Of a stretch of 64,000 bases of DNA, positions 61,708-64,000 are shown piece by piece. A program made the position numbers and the translations under genes. The stretch's first letter is position 1. Every line of letters begins with the position of its first letter. The stretch is from assembly GCA_965219415.1 (NCBI GenBank), contig OZ244742.1, positions 1,984,001 to 2,048,000 on the forward strand, given 5' to 3'. The notes under the pieces were generated by a model. The model saw nothing but the letters and a program-made list of their open reading frames with translations, had not been told where the DNA came from and searched no databases. The DNA comes from Candidatus Marinacidobacterales bacterium (GTDB lineage: Bacteria; Acidobacteriota; Vicinamibacteria; Marinacidobacterales; DATDRI01).

Positions 61708-62820
61708 GTGCTCCAGTCTGCCTTCTTCCGCAAGTACCTCCTCCCCGGTTTCGTGCTTCAATCGATGGTCATCGCCGGCGGTTACGGAACCGGTCGCGAG
61801 CTGGTCGAGTTTTTCATGAAGTTTGGTCCCCTCGGCGGACTAATGGGAATGTGGCTGGTCTCGGTCGTTATCTGGTGTGCGGTGTGCGCGGTAACCTTCG
61901 AGCTCGCGCGCCTGCGCAAAACCTATGATTACCGAACATTCTCGCGAGAGCTCCTAGGCCGCTTCTGGTGGTCATACGAAATTTGTTACTTGGTCATGAT
62001 GCTCATCGTCCTCTCCATCATTGCTGCCGCGGCAGGAAGCATCGTCCAGCAATTGTTCTTGGCTCCCTACTTTGTGGGCGTGGTTCTCATGATGGGAGCG
62101 GTGGGCTTCCTCGTGCTGAAGGGCACCTCTCTTGTCGAGCGCGCACTTTCGTTCTAGTCGCTAGTCCTCTATGCGGTCTACGTCGTGTTTCTCTTAGCCC
62201 GCGTCGCGAAGTTCGGCGATGACATCGCATCCAGACTCAAGCAAGGAGAGATAAAGCCGGAGTGGTTCGTCGGCGGTCTGGAGTATGCCGCCTATAACCT
62301 TGCCACGCTTCCCGCGGTCCTATTCGCGGTGCGGCATATCGAGCGGCGGAAGGAAGCGTTTATCGCCGGTGTCCTTGACCCGGGCCGATCACGATGCTGC
62401 CAGGTTTCTTCCCTTTTTTATCTCACCATGGTCGGCCGCTACCCGGCCATCTTGGAGGAGACCGTTCCCTCTCTCTTCCTTCTGGAAGAACTCGGCTCGC
62501 GCCTCTTTCTCTTCGTCTTTCAGATCACGCTCTTGGGTACGCTGGTGGAAACCGGCACCGGCATGATCCACGCCTTCAACGAGCGTCTCGCGACGGCGCT
62601 CAAAGAGAAGGGTCGGAAACTTGCGACCGGGCTTCGGCTCGCCGTAGCCGTGCTACTCCTTTTGTTGGCGACCGTCGTCGCTCAGGTAGGGCTCGAGAAC
62701 TTGATCGCCAAAGGCTATGGCACCGCGACCTACAGCTTCTGGATCGTGTTTCTCATTCCGGTCTTGACGATCGGGGTCTACAAGATCGTCACCATCAAGG
62801 AACCTGCACCCGCGAAGTAA
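61708..62820 (+). pseudogene. YkvI-like membrane transporter with in-frame TAG (62155) and compensating indels (~62375-62420)
   Basis: IAGGYGTGRELVEFF motif; ORFs 61708-62157 and 62185-62820 share a frame; a GPITMLPGFF segment is displaced into another frame. Confidence 0.82.
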
Positions 62821-62895
62821 CTTCGCCCGGGCCCGTCCGCGTCCGTTTTGCGGTAGAACGGATCCACCCAAGGCCAACCCACACGGGAAGCTCAA

Positions 62896-63612
62896 GTGAG
62901 CATGTTTCGCCGTTTACTGTCACTAACTACCGGGATCTGTCTCGCCTGGACTGCAGGTTGCAGTACTTCCACGTCACCGTCCCCCACCAATGAGGTCGAA
63001 GCGCCGCCCGCACAAACGGCGGAGCCGGAACCGAGAGCTCAGTACACCGTCACCTTCGATGCAGCCTGGAGCGCGGCAACCCATTCGGAAGACTTCCCTG
63101 GCAACCCCCACTTCTCAGGGTTGATCGGCGCCACTCATAACAACGAGGTCCGCTTTTGGAGAGTCGGGAGAAGAGCGTCCGACGGCATCAAGGCCATGGC
63201 AGAAAGGGGGAGCAAGACTCCTCTCGACGAAGAGATCCGCGCCGCAAAAGCCGACGGCACGGCCGACAAGCTATTGTCGGGAGACGGCATCGCTCGATCG
63301 CCGGCAAGTGTGTCCCTCGATTTCGTGATCCGCCGCGACCACCCGTTGGTGACGCTCGTCTCGATGGTCGCTCCGAGCCCCGATTGGTTCGCCGGCGTTT
63401 CGGCTCTCAGCCTTCTCGAAGAGGACCGATGGATCGACGAGCTCACGGTGGAGCTCTTCGCCTACGATGCCGGCACCGATAGCGGAACGACCTACGCGTC
63501 TGCCGATCGACCAACCTCGCCGCGCGAACCGATCCAGCAAATAGAAGGCCGCCCCCTTGCGGTGGGAGGCCAGGTCGCTCCCGTGGGCAGGTTCACCTTC
63601 ACCAGGCGCTGA
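62896..63612 (+). CDS. Spondin_N-domain lipoprotein
   Basis: Lipobox TAGC; HFSGLIGATH, MVAPSPDWF and YDAGTD motifs. Confidence 0.9.
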   Translation: MSMFRRLLSLTTGICLAWTAGCSTSTSPSPTNEVEAPPAQTAEPEPRAQYTVTFDAAWSAATHSEDFPGNPHFSGLIGATHNNEVRFWRVGRRASDGIKAMAERGSKTPLDEEIRAAKADGTADKLLSGDGIARSPASVSLDFVIRRDHPLVTLVSMVAPSPDWFAGVSALSLLEEDRWIDELTVELFAYDAGTDSGTTYASADRPTSPREPIQQIEGRPLAVGGQVAPVGRFTFTRR

Positions 63613-63616
63613 GCAA

Positions 63617-64000
63617 CTACACGGGCCAGCCGCGCCAGGTTCGGGCCACGCGACCATCGGAGTCTAGCTCGCTGCCACAGATGTAAGTCTTGATGTTGTA
63701 TATCTTGCCATCGCGGACTTTGTCGACCACCGCGAAGTAAAACTGAACGCGACTCCCCGGCGGACCTCCATCCCTTGGATTATTGCTCCGAGTACCCAGA
63801 CCCTCTCCTTCCAGCACGACCTGGTTCCCCTTCGCGAACAGGTTGGTAATCTCCCACTTCAGATCGGGAAAAGTGTCGAAGTACATTTTCATTTCGTCTC
63901 GGATCTGATCCTTGCCTTCTCGAGGCTCCTCACCCAGATCGAGATCGAGGATGTCATCGGATAGTGGCGAGACCGCCTTGTCGATATCGTGCTCGGACAT
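63617..64000 (-). CDS. SnoaL/NTF2-like protein (may extend beyond the window edge)
   Basis: FPDL..EITNLFAKGNQVVLE...DGKI pattern. Confidence 0.78.
   Translation of the reverse strand: MSEHDIDKAVSPLSDDILDLDLGEEPREGKDQIRDEMKMYFDTFPDLKWEITNLFAKGNQVVLEGEGLGTRSNNPRDGGPPGSRVQFYFAVVDKVRDGKIYNIKTYICGSELDSDGRVARTWRGWPV

Noticed and set aside
16911-62157. Stop-codon reassignment (TAG or TGA read as sense; pyrrolysine)
   Set aside because: Both TAG and TGA end many intact genes here, and most of the interrupted genes carry additional lesions.
111-63657. Numerous antisense or alternate-frame ORFs (e.g. 2852-3739, 5607-6485, 25278-26174, 34773-35609)
   Set aside because: Shadow ORFs expected in high-GC DNA opposite well-supported genes.
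1-64000. CRISPR array, rRNA, tRNA, integron or prophage
   Set aside because: No regularly spaced repeats, cloverleaf, rRNA-like tract, integrase or phage structural gene was seen by eye; a covariance-model scan would be needed to exclude small RNAs.

Overview
A GC-rich (roughly 60%, judged by eye) bacterial chromosome segment. Gene content and protein style suggest Acidobacteriota (inference). There are two intact housekeeping blocks. The first is a 2-oxoacid dehydrogenase operon (lpdA-lipB-E1alpha-E1beta-E2, minus strand, 1-4249). The second is a phoH-7TM/HD-ybeY-CNNM-era ... mgtE-recO-glyQ-glyS-ppdK-mutL run (30886-54797), split between era and mgtE by an ~8 kb accessory patch. Accessory DNA is heavily eroded and contains three IS256 elements with recognisable inverted repeats (IRs) and target-site duplications (TSDs), one of them nested inside the terminal IR of an ISL3. 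It also contains a 50-bp near-perfect palindromic mini-element with an 8-bp TSD, an intact and a remnant DUF222-like/HNH element, a higB scar next to an intact higA, a truncated zwf, and many frameshifted or nonsense-interrupted genes (four stops at apparent Trp positions). The best leads are: an E1alpha that has lost its ThDP-binding and catalytic motifs inside an otherwise intact operon; the palindromic mini-element; a sigma54-driven two-gene operon of unknown proteins; the HNH element; paired GntH-like MBL hydrolases; and an acetylene-hydratase-like molybdo/tungstoenzyme lacking the catalytic Asp. No CRISPR array, rRNA or tRNA was seen. All family calls come from motif recognition, not database searches.
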